64,000 bases of DNA from Anaeromyxobacteraceae bacterium (lineage in GTDB: Bacteria > Myxococcota > Myxococcia > Myxococcales > Anaeromyxobacteraceae). The notes under the pieces were generated by a model. The model was not told the origin of the DNA. It did not search any database and was given only the letters and a program-made list of their open reading frames with translations. Shown one piece after another: positions 9,307 through 17,362 of the stretch (its first letter is position 1; each line of letters starts with the position of its first letter). The stretch is from assembly GCA_047602405.1 (NCBI GenBank), contig JASGHJ010000001.1:960001-1024000 (forward strand). The letters run 5' to 3'. The translations under genes and the position numbers were made by a program.

Positions 9307-9992
9307 CGCGGCTGAGCCTCCCGCGGGCTGAACCCGCGCATGTCGACGTGGGCGAAGATCTTGTCGAGGAACTCGCGCTCGGAGATCTGCCACTTCTGCT
9401 CGAGGCCGAACTGCTTGTCGATCGAGCGGTAGCAGCGCTGCACGAGCGTGTAGAGCGTCTCGACCACGCCCTCGCCGCGGATCGCGACCGCGCCGACGAC
9501 CGGCGGCTTCACGAGCTCGGTGAGGTCCTGGAGCTCGTGGTCGCCGCGGGCGTCCTCGAGGTCGCGCTTGTTCATCTGGATGACGATCGGGAGCGTGCGC
9601 GGATCGAGCCCGTTCGCCTCCAGGTTCTTCAGCATGTTGTTCCAGTACGCGAGCGTCGCCGCGGCCTCGCTGCGCCGCGAGTCGGCGACGAACGCCACCG
9701 CGTCCGAGCCCTGCAGCACGATGCGCCGGGTCGACTCGTGCATGACCTGGCCCGGCACCGTGTAGAGCTTCAGCTTCACCTTCACGCCGGCCCGGGTCTT
9801 GAAGAAGACCGGCATCATGTCGAAGAAGAGGGTGCGATCGTCCTTCGTGTCGAGCGTCATGAGGCGCCCGCGCACCTTTCCGTCGATGCGCTGGTAGAGC
9901 GCCTGCATGTTGGTCGTCTTCCCGCTGAGCGCGGGGCCGTAGTAGACGACCTTGATGGCGATTTCGCGGGTGACCGCGTTGAACTGGACCAT
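9303..9992 (-). CDS. MglA-family small GTPase (orphan paralogue, SofG-like)
   Basis: KVVYYGPALSGKTTN P-loop, DRTLFFD, YTVPGQV, NKRDL; no adjacent mglB/roadblock gene. Confidence 0.88.
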   Translation of the reverse strand: MVQFNAVTREIAIKVVYYGPALSGKTTNMQALYQRIDGKVRGRLMTLDTKDDRTLFFDMMPVFFKTRAGVKVKLKLYTVPGQVMHESTRRIVLQGSDAVAFVADSRRSEAAATLAYWNNMLKNLEANGLDPRTLPIVIQMNKRDLEDARGDHELQDLTELVKPPVVGAVAIRGEGVVETLYTLVQRCYRSIDKQFGLEQKWQISEREFLDKIFAHVDMRGFSPREAQPR

Positions 9993-10076
9993 GCTGTCGG
10001 GGAGGCATCGTACCCCAACCCCCCCGAGATCCAGAGCGGATCACCGCGCGGCGCGGGCTCACATTCCCCGACCCCC

Positions 10077-12155
10077 CTAGTAGGGGTCGGCCTGGTTCCA
10101 CCAGGCGCGCGCGTCCTCGACGTTCCGCAGCACCCGGGTGCGCGGGAGCGTGGTGAGGAAGGCCTGACCGTACCGTTTCGTCACGATGCGCCGGTCGAGC
10201 ACGGCGACGAGCCCCCGGTCGCTCGCCGTGCGCACGAGCCGGCCGAAGCCCTGCCGCAGGGCGAGCGCGGCGGCGGGGACCGACAGCTCGTTGAAGCCGT
10301 CCCCACCGTTCACCTCGATCGCGTGCAGCCGCGCCGCCACCAGCGGGTCGCCCGGCGGCGCGAACGGGAGCCGGTCGATGATGACGAGCGAGAGGGCGTC
10401 GCCCGGCACGTCGACGCCCTCCCAGAAGCTCGCCGTCGCGAAGAGCACGCTCGGCTCCTCGCGGAACCGCTCGATGAGCTTCCCCTTCGGCGACTCGCCC
10501 TGGAGCAGCACCTGCCACGGCAGGTCCGCGCACGCGCGGTGGAGCGCGTTCATGTTGCGGGTCGAGGTGCAGAGCACGAACGCGCGCCCCTCGGTCACCG
10601 CCGTGAGCTGGCGGACCGCCTGGATCGCCGCCTCGAGGAAGCGTGGGTCGTTCGGCTCGGGCATGTGGTCCGGGAGGACCAGCGCCGCCTGCTTCTCGAA
10701 GTCGAACGGGCCGGGGTAGCGCGCCTCGGCCACGTCGAACTCGGGCGCGAGGCCGATCTGCCGGCGGAAGAACTGGAAGCTCCCCTGCGCGGCGAGCGTG
10801 GCGGAGGTGAAGACGACGGTGTCGGCACGGCGGAAGAGGCGCGCCTGCAGCTCCTCCGAGACGTCGATGGGCGCCGCGCGCAGGAAGACGCCGCGCCCGC
10901 GCGCCTCGGCGAAGTAGACGCGGGACGGCTCCTTCATCGCGGTCACCGCGGCGAGCTCGACCCGGAGCTCCCCCGCGCGCCGCGCGATCTGGGCGAGCTG
11001 CGGCGAGTCGGCGCCCGCGAGCGGCTCGCGCAGGGCCTCGAGCGCGAAGGTGAGGCGCTCGAGGTCGCGCTCGAGCGGCTCGAGCACGTCGCGCTGGAGC
11101 GGCGCGCGGACCGACTCCTCCTCCCTCGACTCCGCGGCGGCATTCGCCGCCGCTGCGCTCGGGCCGTACGGACGGCGCGAGGAGAGGCTCCGGCCGCGCC
11201 CGCCCGCGCCGTACCGGGAGGTGCCGCCCGCGGCGCCTGCGCGCTGGCTGCCCCGCAGGCCCGTCGCGACGCCCTGGAAGAAGCGCTCGCCCGACTTCCT
11301 GAGCTCGCCCGTGATCTCCTTCATCATCGAGGCGAGATCGGGCCGGTCGGCGACCGACCTGAGCGCGTCGCGGACGAGCTCCTCGACCCGGTAGGAGGAG
11401 ACCTGCAGTCCGAAGTACTCGGTCGCGACCTCCTCGAGGGCGTGCGCCTCGTCGAAGACGATGACGTCGTGCTCGGGCAGCACCTCGACCCCCGCGCGCG
11501 AGGTGCGCAGCGCGAGGTCGGCGAAGAAGAGGTGGTGGTTGACGAGCAGGACGTCTGCCGCCGCGGCGCGGGCGCGGGCCTGCGTGACGAAGCAGGTGTC
11601 GTGGAGCGCGCACTCGCGGCCCGTGCAGCTCTCGCTCGTCGCGGAGAGGTCCTTCCAGGTGCCGTAGCGATCCGGCAGGTCGAGCTCGGAGCGGTCGCCG
11701 GTCTGGGTCGAGGCGGCCCAGGCCTGGATGCGCGGCCAGAACGCGGCGTCCTCGCGCGCCGCGAAGGTCGGCGCGCGCGAGAACTCCTCGCCGCGGGCGA
11801 GGCAGAAGTAGTTCGACCGGCCCTTGAGGTAGGCGGCCTCGAAGGGCAGCCCGAGCGTCTCGCGCAGGAGCGGGATGTCCCGCGTCCAGATCTGCTCCTG
11901 GAGCGTCTTCGTGGCGGTCGAGATCGTGACCTTCCGCCCGGAGAGGATCGCGGGCACGAGGTACGCGAGGGTCTTGCCCGTGCCGGTGCCGGCCTCGGCG
12001 ACGAGGTAGCCGCGGTCGCGGATCGCGCGCTCGACCGCGTGGGCCATCGCGAGCTGGTCGTCGCGGTGCTCGAAGCCCGGCAGCGCGCGGGCGAGGAGCC
12101 CGCCCGCCCCGAGCACGCCGTCGAGGGTTGGCGGTACGTTGCCCTCGGGGATCAT
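10077..12155 (-). CDS. DinG/YoaA-family ATP-dependent Fe-S helicase
   Basis: From MIPEGNVPP: EAGTGTGKT, LKGRSNYFC and CTGREC...C cysteines, FDEAH, TSATL, FWEGVDVPG, QGFGRLVR. Confidence 0.93.
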   Translation of the reverse strand: MIPEGNVPPTLDGVLGAGGLLARALPGFEHRDDQLAMAHAVERAIRDRGYLVAEAGTGTGKTLAYLVPAILSGRKVTISTATKTLQEQIWTRDIPLLRETLGLPFEAAYLKGRSNYFCLARGEEFSRAPTFAAREDAAFWPRIQAWAASTQTGDRSELDLPDRYGTWKDLSATSESCTGRECALHDTCFVTQARARAAAADVLLVNHHLFFADLALRTSRAGVEVLPEHDVIVFDEAHALEEVATEYFGLQVSSYRVEELVRDALRSVADRPDLASMMKEITGELRKSGERFFQGVATGLRGSQRAGAAGGTSRYGAGGRGRSLSSRRPYGPSAAAANAAAESREEESVRAPLQRDVLEPLERDLERLTFALEALREPLAGADSPQLAQIARRAGELRVELAAVTAMKEPSRVYFAEARGRGVFLRAAPIDVSEELQARLFRRADTVVFTSATLAAQGSFQFFRRQIGLAPEFDVAEARYPGPFDFEKQAALVLPDHMPEPNDPRFLEAAIQAVRQLTAVTEGRAFVLCTSTRNMNALHRACADLPWQVLLQGESPKGKLIERFREEPSVLFATASFWEGVDVPGDALSLVIIDRLPFAPPGDPLVAARLHAIEVNGGDGFNELSVPAAALALRQGFGRLVRTASDRGLVAVLDRRIVTKRYGQAFLTTLPRTRVLRNVEDARAWWNQADPY

Positions 12156-12550
12156 CAGAGCGCCGGGCCTCGCGAGAGCAGCTCGAACAGCTTCCAGGCC
12201 GCCCACGCGCCGAGCGAGGCGAGCAACGAGTAGGCGGCGGCCTTCACCCACCGGGGCAGCGCGGCCGGCGGGGCGGTGCGCGGCAGCATGGCGAGCCCCT
12301 GCACGGTCGCCCGCTTCACGATCTCGTCGCGCCAGCGCGCGGCGATCGCGTCCGCCGGGCGCTCGGCGATCACCGCGCGGTAACGCTGCCCGGCGCGGGT
12401 GAGGCCGTCGAGGTCGGAGAACCGGTTCAGGTACCCGCGGTGCGCCGCGTCGTCCTCCCAGGCGGCCAGGACCGCCGCCCAGGCGCGCGCCTCCTCCGGC
12501 GCGTCGGACGCGTCGGGGGAAATGCCGGGGCTGTCGAGGTCGGGGGCCAC
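12155..12550 (-). CDS. Hypothetical protein with a C-terminal TM helix
   Basis: AWAAVLAAWEDDAAHRGYL...AGQRYR; TGATG coupling to the helicase; GTG start at 12550 is inferred. Confidence 0.65.
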   Translation of the reverse strand: MAPDLDSPGISPDASDAPEEARAWAAVLAAWEDDAAHRGYLNRFSDLDGLTRAGQRYRAVIAERPADAIAARWRDEIVKRATVQGLAMLPRTAPPAALPRWVKAAAYSLLASLGAWAAWKLFELLSRGPAL

Positions 12551-12744
12551 GCGGACCGCGCAGTGTATCCGAACGGGCTCGGGTGGTGCGAGGCACCTCG
12601 CGCGGGGCCCGGATCGCCTGCAGCCGGGCGTCTCCCTGCCGGCGACCGGTCCTCGCCTGGTGGGCCCGGACCCACCCGGGCGCCGGAACGCCTCGCGCGA
12701 GGGTGGCACCGGGAGTGGGGGTTCCTGGCCCCGCGGAGGCCCGC

Positions 12745-14202
12745 ATGACGAAGGCACGGGTGTACCCTGTCGTTTCACGCGCGGTGTGGCTCGCGCTCGC
12801 GGTCGCGGGCGTCGCCGCCTGCGGTGCCGCGGACGCGCCCGCGGACGCGGCCGAGGTGGCCACCACCGCCGCCGCCGGCCGCTCCGGCGACGGGGACGGC
12901 GCGTCCCTGCGCTGGATCCCGAACGGCTCCGGCGTGTCGCTCACGCTCCGCGCCGACGGCGGACCGCTCGACGACCGCGCGAACCCGTTCTTCCTCTCGC
13001 TCGGCACGAACGGCCGCGCCTGCTCGAGCTGCCACGTCCCCGAGGCCGGGATGACGATCACCCCGGCGGTGGCCCAGCGGGCCTTCGCGCGCACCGGCGG
13101 CCGTGATCCCATGTTCCGGACGAACGACGGCGCCGTGTCGCCGCTCGCCGACGTCTCGACCGTGCGCGCCCGGCGGAAGGCCTACGCGCTCCTCCTCGAC
13201 CGCGCGGTCATCCGCGTGGGGATCGGCGTCCCCGCGGGCGCCGAGTTCGAGCTCCTCTCGACCGCCGACCCGCACGCCTTCGCGAGCGCGGCGGAGCTCT
13301 CGCTCTTCCGCCGCCCGCTCCCCACCGCGAACCTCCGCTTCCTCTCGACGGTCATGTGGGACGGCCGGGAGACGTTCAGGGACACCTCCGAGCCGACCGG
13401 GTTCGCCACGATCCCCTTCGACCTCGCGCACCAAGCGAACGGCGCCACGGTGGGCCACGCCCAGGCCGCCGCGCCGCTCGACGACGCGCAGCGGTCCGCG
13501 ATCGTCGCGTACGAGAGCCAGCTCTTCACCGCGCAGGCGTGGGATGCGGACGCCGGGTGGCTCGACGCCCGCGGCGCGCGGGGTGGCCCGCGCGCGCTCT
13601 CCGGGGAGCCGTTCCACTTCGGCATCAACGACACGCTCGGGAACGACCCCGCCGGCCTGCCGTTCGACCCGGTCGCGATGACGCTCTTCGACGGCTGGGC
13701 CGGCGCGTCCGGCGCCCGCGCGGCGATCGCACGCGGCCAGGCCCTCTTAAATTCGCGCACCTTCGACATCGCCGGCGTGGGTGGCCTCAACGACGACCTC
13801 GGCATTCCCACGCTCCGCGGCACCTGCACGACCTGCCACAACGCGCCGAACGCCGGCGACCACACCGTGCCGATGCCGCTGCGGATCGGGATTGACGCGC
13901 CGGTCCCGGCCGGCGGCGCCCTCGACACGCGCGGGCTCCCCCGCTACGTGCTGCGCAACCTCGCCACGGGCGAGACGATCGAGACGACCGACCCCGGCCG
14001 CGCGCTCGTCACCGGACGGTGGAAGGACGTGGGCCGCTTCAAGGGCCCCGTGCTCCGCGGCCTCGCCTCGCGCCCGCCGTACTTCCACAACGGCTCGGCG
14101 GCGACGCTCGAGGACGCGGTGCGGTTCTACGACGCCCGCTTCTCGATTGGCCTCACCGACGCGGAGGTGGCGGACCTCGTGGCGTTCCTCGCGGCGCTCT
14201 GA
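12745..14202 (+). CDS. Exported di-heme cytochrome c peroxidase/MauG-superfamily lipoprotein
   Basis: GGAGG then MTKARVY...VAAC lipobox; two CxxCH (CSSCH, CTTCH); MWDGRE; FKGPVLRGLASRPPYFHNGS. Confidence 0.85.
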   Translation: MTKARVYPVVSRAVWLALAVAGVAACGAADAPADAAEVATTAAAGRSGDGDGASLRWIPNGSGVSLTLRADGGPLDDRANPFFLSLGTNGRACSSCHVPEAGMTITPAVAQRAFARTGGRDPMFRTNDGAVSPLADVSTVRARRKAYALLLDRAVIRVGIGVPAGAEFELLSTADPHAFASAAELSLFRRPLPTANLRFLSTVMWDGRETFRDTSEPTGFATIPFDLAHQANGATVGHAQAAAPLDDAQRSAIVAYESQLFTAQAWDADAGWLDARGARGGPRALSGEPFHFGINDTLGNDPAGLPFDPVAMTLFDGWAGASGARAAIARGQALLNSRTFDIAGVGGLNDDLGIPTLRGTCTTCHNAPNAGDHTVPMPLRIGIDAPVPAGGALDTRGLPRYVLRNLATGETIETTDPGRALVTGRWKDVGRFKGPVLRGLASRPPYFHNGSAATLEDAVRFYDARFSIGLTDAEVADLVAFLAAL

Positions 14203-14206
14203 CGGC

Positions 14207-15790
14207 TCAGGCCTTCAGGCGGGCGAGGATCGCCTGGAACCTGGGCTCGTCGCGCAGCGAGGCGACGTCGGGGTCGTGCGTGATCCACGCCCGTGAGCCC
14301 TCGCCCTTCGCGGCGGCGCGCTCGAGCAGGTCGAGCGCGCGCGACCGGTCGCCGGCGCGGGCGAAGTAGCAGGCGACGTTGTACAGCACGGTGAAGTCGT
14401 CGCCGCCGAGGGCCAGCGCCCGCTCTGCCCATGCGGCCGCGCGCCTGCGCCCCCCCACCTGCCAGTCCAGGGCCGCGCCGAAGTAGAGCGCCCGCACGTC
14501 GTCGGGCGCGATCGCGAGGCGGCGCTCGGTGGCTGCGAGCCCGAGCACGCTCGCCCTGCGCGCCGCCTCGAGGTCGCCCGCGTTCTGCAGGGCATTCTCC
14601 AGCATGGCGAGGGCGGCGTAGTCGTCCGGATCGCGCCGCACCGCCTCCTCGAAGGCCGCGACCGCCTCGCGGGCTCGGCCCATCGCGTGGAGCGCGCGGC
14701 CGTGGAAGTACGGCGCGTCCGCCCAGCCTGGCGCGAGCGCCTCGGCGCTGCGGAAGTCGGCCTCCGCCTCCTCGGCTCGGCCGAGCAGGGTGAGCACGTT
14801 CGCGTGCGCGAGGCGCGCCTCGGCCAGCTCCGGCGCGAGCCGGAGCGCCTCCGCGGCGGCGGCGAGCGCCTCCCCGCGCAGGTCGCCGGCCCCGGGCACC
14901 GTGAAGTTCCAGGTGGCCGCCATCACGGCGACGTCCGCCAGCGCGGCGTGGGCGTGCGCGAAGCCCGGGTCGAGCGCGATCGCCGCCTTCGCCGCGTCCC
15001 GGGCCTCGGCGAGGCCGGCGGGGCTGTGCCCCATGAGCGCGTGTCGCGCGCGCAGGTAGAGGTCGTAGGCGCGCGGCTCCCTCGTCGCGCGGCTCGCCCC
15101 GGACGCCCGGAGCCGGCCCTCCTCGTCCCCGCCCACCCGCAGCCGGAGCGCCCGCACGACCGCGAGCGCGATCTCCTCCTGCACCGCGAAGGTGTCCTCG
15201 AGGGCGCGGTCGAACGACTCGCTCCAGAGGTCCACGCCCGCCCGCGCGTCGACGATGCGCGCCGCGACCCGCACCCGGCCCCCCGCGCGCCGGACGCTCC
15301 CCTCGAGCAGGGTCGTCGCGCCGAGCGCGCGGCCCACCTCCCGCGCGTCCATGTCCTTGCCCCGGAACTGGAAGGAGGAGGAGCGCGAGATCACCCGCAG
15401 ACCCGGCACGCAGCAGAGCGCCCCGAGCATCTCCTCGGCCACCCCGTCGCAGAACCACGCGTGGTCCCCTCCGGGGGAGAGGTCGGAGAACGGGAGCACG
15501 GCGACGGAGGGCGGACCCTCCGGACCGGCCTGCGGGTGGTTCCCCGCAGCAGGCGCGGTCCGTTCGAGTCCGCGGGGGGTCAGGTCGTAGATCCACGAGA
15601 GGATCGCCGCGGCCGGGAAGCCCGCCGCGAGGCCGAGGACCACGAGCCGCATCGCGCCCTCGCCCAGGCCGAGCGCGTGCAGGATGGGCTCGGCGACCTG
15701 CAGCACGCCGAACGCGACCACGCCGTAGGCGAGCAGCACCCGCACCACGCGGCGGCGCCGGAGCTCCTCGTAGAAGGACGCGAGACCCAC
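14207..15790 (-). CDS. Membrane-anchored TolB-N-like + TPR protein
   Basis: From (V)GLASFYEELRRRRVVR: two TM helices, PSVAVLPFSDLSP...DGVAEE, LEGSVRRAGGRVRV, then TPR repeats. Confidence 0.82.
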   Translation of the reverse strand: MGLASFYEELRRRRVVRVLLAYGVVAFGVLQVAEPILHALGLGEGAMRLVVLGLAAGFPAAAILSWIYDLTPRGLERTAPAAGNHPQAGPEGPPSVAVLPFSDLSPGGDHAWFCDGVAEEMLGALCCVPGLRVISRSSSFQFRGKDMDAREVGRALGATTLLEGSVRRAGGRVRVAARIVDARAGVDLWSESFDRALEDTFAVQEEIALAVVRALRLRVGGDEEGRLRASGASRATREPRAYDLYLRARHALMGHSPAGLAEARDAAKAAIALDPGFAHAHAALADVAVMAATWNFTVPGAGDLRGEALAAAAEALRLAPELAEARLAHANVLTLLGRAEEAEADFRSAEALAPGWADAPYFHGRALHAMGRAREAVAAFEEAVRRDPDDYAALAMLENALQNAGDLEAARRASVLGLAATERRLAIAPDDVRALYFGAALDWQVGGRRRAAAWAERALALGGDDFTVLYNVACYFARAGDRSRALDLLERAAAKGEGSRAWITHDPDVASLRDEPRFQAILARLKA

Positions 15791-15901
15791 GATGTCCGCA
15801 GCGTACCAGACCGGCTGCCCGCCATCCGGGAGAGGAACGGCGGGGGTCACACGCCGATGGACACCGTGTGAACACCCGGGAGGCGGTAGGCTGGGTCGCC
15901 C

Positions 15902-16819
15902 GTGAGCAGCGACCCCGCCGCCCCCGCGCCGCCGCCCCGCGGCCTCCTCGTGCTCGCGTTCGCGGCGATCTTCGTCGTGTGGGGCACGACGTTCCTCGCG
16001 ATCCGCTACGCGGTCGAGACCCTCCCGCCACTCGTCACGGCGGGCGTGCGCCACGCCACGGCGGGGACCATCCTCTTCGCGCTCGCCTGGGCCCGCGGCT
16101 ACCGCCCGCGCCGCTCCGACTGGCTCGCGGGGAGCGTGCTCGGCGCGCTGTTCTTCCTCGCGGGCCACGGCCTGCTCCACTGGGCCGAGCAGCACATCGC
16201 CTCGGGGCTCGCGGCGCTCCTCATCGCGACCGAGCCGCTCGTGATCCTCGGGCTCGGCGTGGCCCTGGGCCGCCAGCGGCTCAACCGGTGGAACTCGGTC
16301 GGCCTCCTCGTGGGCCTCGCGGGCGTGGCGCTCCTCACGGTGCCGGAGCTCGGCGAGCTCCCGGTCATCGACCGGGCGATCTTCGCGACCCTGCTGAGCT
16401 CGCTCGCGTGGTCGGTCGGCGTCGTCGTCGGCCCGCTGCTCCGCCTGCCGGCGCACCCGCTCGGCCGCGCCGCGGTCACGACCCTCACCGGCGGTGCGAT
16501 GTTGCTCGTGCTCGCGGCGCTCACCGGCGAGCTCGCCGCGTTCGATCCGGGCGCGGTCTCGCTCCGCTCCTGGCTCGGGCTCCTGTACCTCATCACCTTC
16601 GGCTCGGTCGTCGCGTTCTCGGCGTACTCGTGGCTCCTGCAGCACGTCTCGCCGACGCTCGTCTCGACGCACACGTTCGTGAACCCGGTGGTCGCCGTGC
16701 TCGCGGGCTGGCTCTGGGCGGGCGAGCCGCTCGGCGGCGGGCTCGCGCTCGCCGCGGCGGCGATCGTGATCGCGGTGGTGCTCGTGCAGCGGGGGGAGCG
16801 GGCGGCGAGCGCCGGCTGA
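15902..16819 (+). CDS. EamA/DMT-family transporter
   Basis: About 10 TM helices; VWGTTFLAIR, YLITFGSVVAFSAYSWLL, FVNPVVAV. Confidence 0.92.
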   Translation: MSSDPAAPAPPPRGLLVLAFAAIFVVWGTTFLAIRYAVETLPPLVTAGVRHATAGTILFALAWARGYRPRRSDWLAGSVLGALFFLAGHGLLHWAEQHIASGLAALLIATEPLVILGLGVALGRQRLNRWNSVGLLVGLAGVALLTVPELGELPVIDRAIFATLLSSLAWSVGVVVGPLLRLPAHPLGRAAVTTLTGGAMLLVLAALTGELAAFDPGAVSLRSWLGLLYLITFGSVVAFSAYSWLLQHVSPTLVSTHTFVNPVVAVLAGWLWAGEPLGGGLALAAAAIVIAVVLVQRGERAASAG

Positions 16820-16825
16820 GGGCTG

Positions 16826-17362
16826 TCAGACGCCGGAGAGGTGGTCGATGACCTCGCAGGTGAGCGAGTCGATCCAGACGCCGTGGCCGCTGCCGCCGAT
16901 CGGGATCGTGAGGGTGATGCCAGCTCCGGGACTGGGCGTGACGGTGCTGTTCCTGCCCGGGTATCGGAGCCCCACGTAATAGAACGATCTGTCGCCGACC
17001 GCGGCGCGCTGCTCGTCATACCCTGTCGCGTAGTAGGGCACGGCCTCCACGAAGCGCTCCCAGGTGGTCGGGCCCACGAGCCTGGACACGTGCATGCGCT
17101 CCAGGGAGAAGCGCTGCGCACGTGCGCTCTCGCGTGCGACTTCGGTCGCCCGCGTTTCGTTGCAGAGGGGCCTGGCGGACCCGGCACCCGCGTGCGCGCA
17201 GGAGGCCGACATCAGCGCGAGCAGCGAGATGGCCTTCGTGACCTGTCGCAGCGGCGACCCGATCTCGAACGCTCCCGCTGGAGACGCTGGAGGGAGTTCC
17301 GGGGCCAGCTCGACCCGCGCCGGACGCGACGACGCGCGCCGCTCGCCCCTCGCCGCGCTCAC
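16826..17362 (-). CDS. Hypothetical protein, possibly exported
   Basis: GTGA overlap with the pyc stop; internal hydrophobic stretch AISLLALMSASC; start uncertain. Confidence 0.5.
   Translation of the reverse strand: MSAARGERRASSRPARVELAPELPPASPAGAFEIGSPLRQVTKAISLLALMSASCAHAGAGSARPLCNETRATEVARESARAQRFSLERMHVSRLVGPTTWERFVEAVPYYATGYDEQRAAVGDRSFYYVGLRYPGRNSTVTPSPGAGITLTIPIGGSGHGVWIDSLTCEVIDHLSGV

Noticed and set aside
12703..12720. TGGCAC... as a sigma54 promoter for the di-heme protein
   Set aside because: The -12 position reads GG rather than GC.
7921..13112. Apparent very long kinase (1230 aa) and helicase (1011 aa) fusions
   Set aside because: The N-terminal extensions overlap other genes in different frames; the real starts are at 9306 and 12155, with stop/start coupling.
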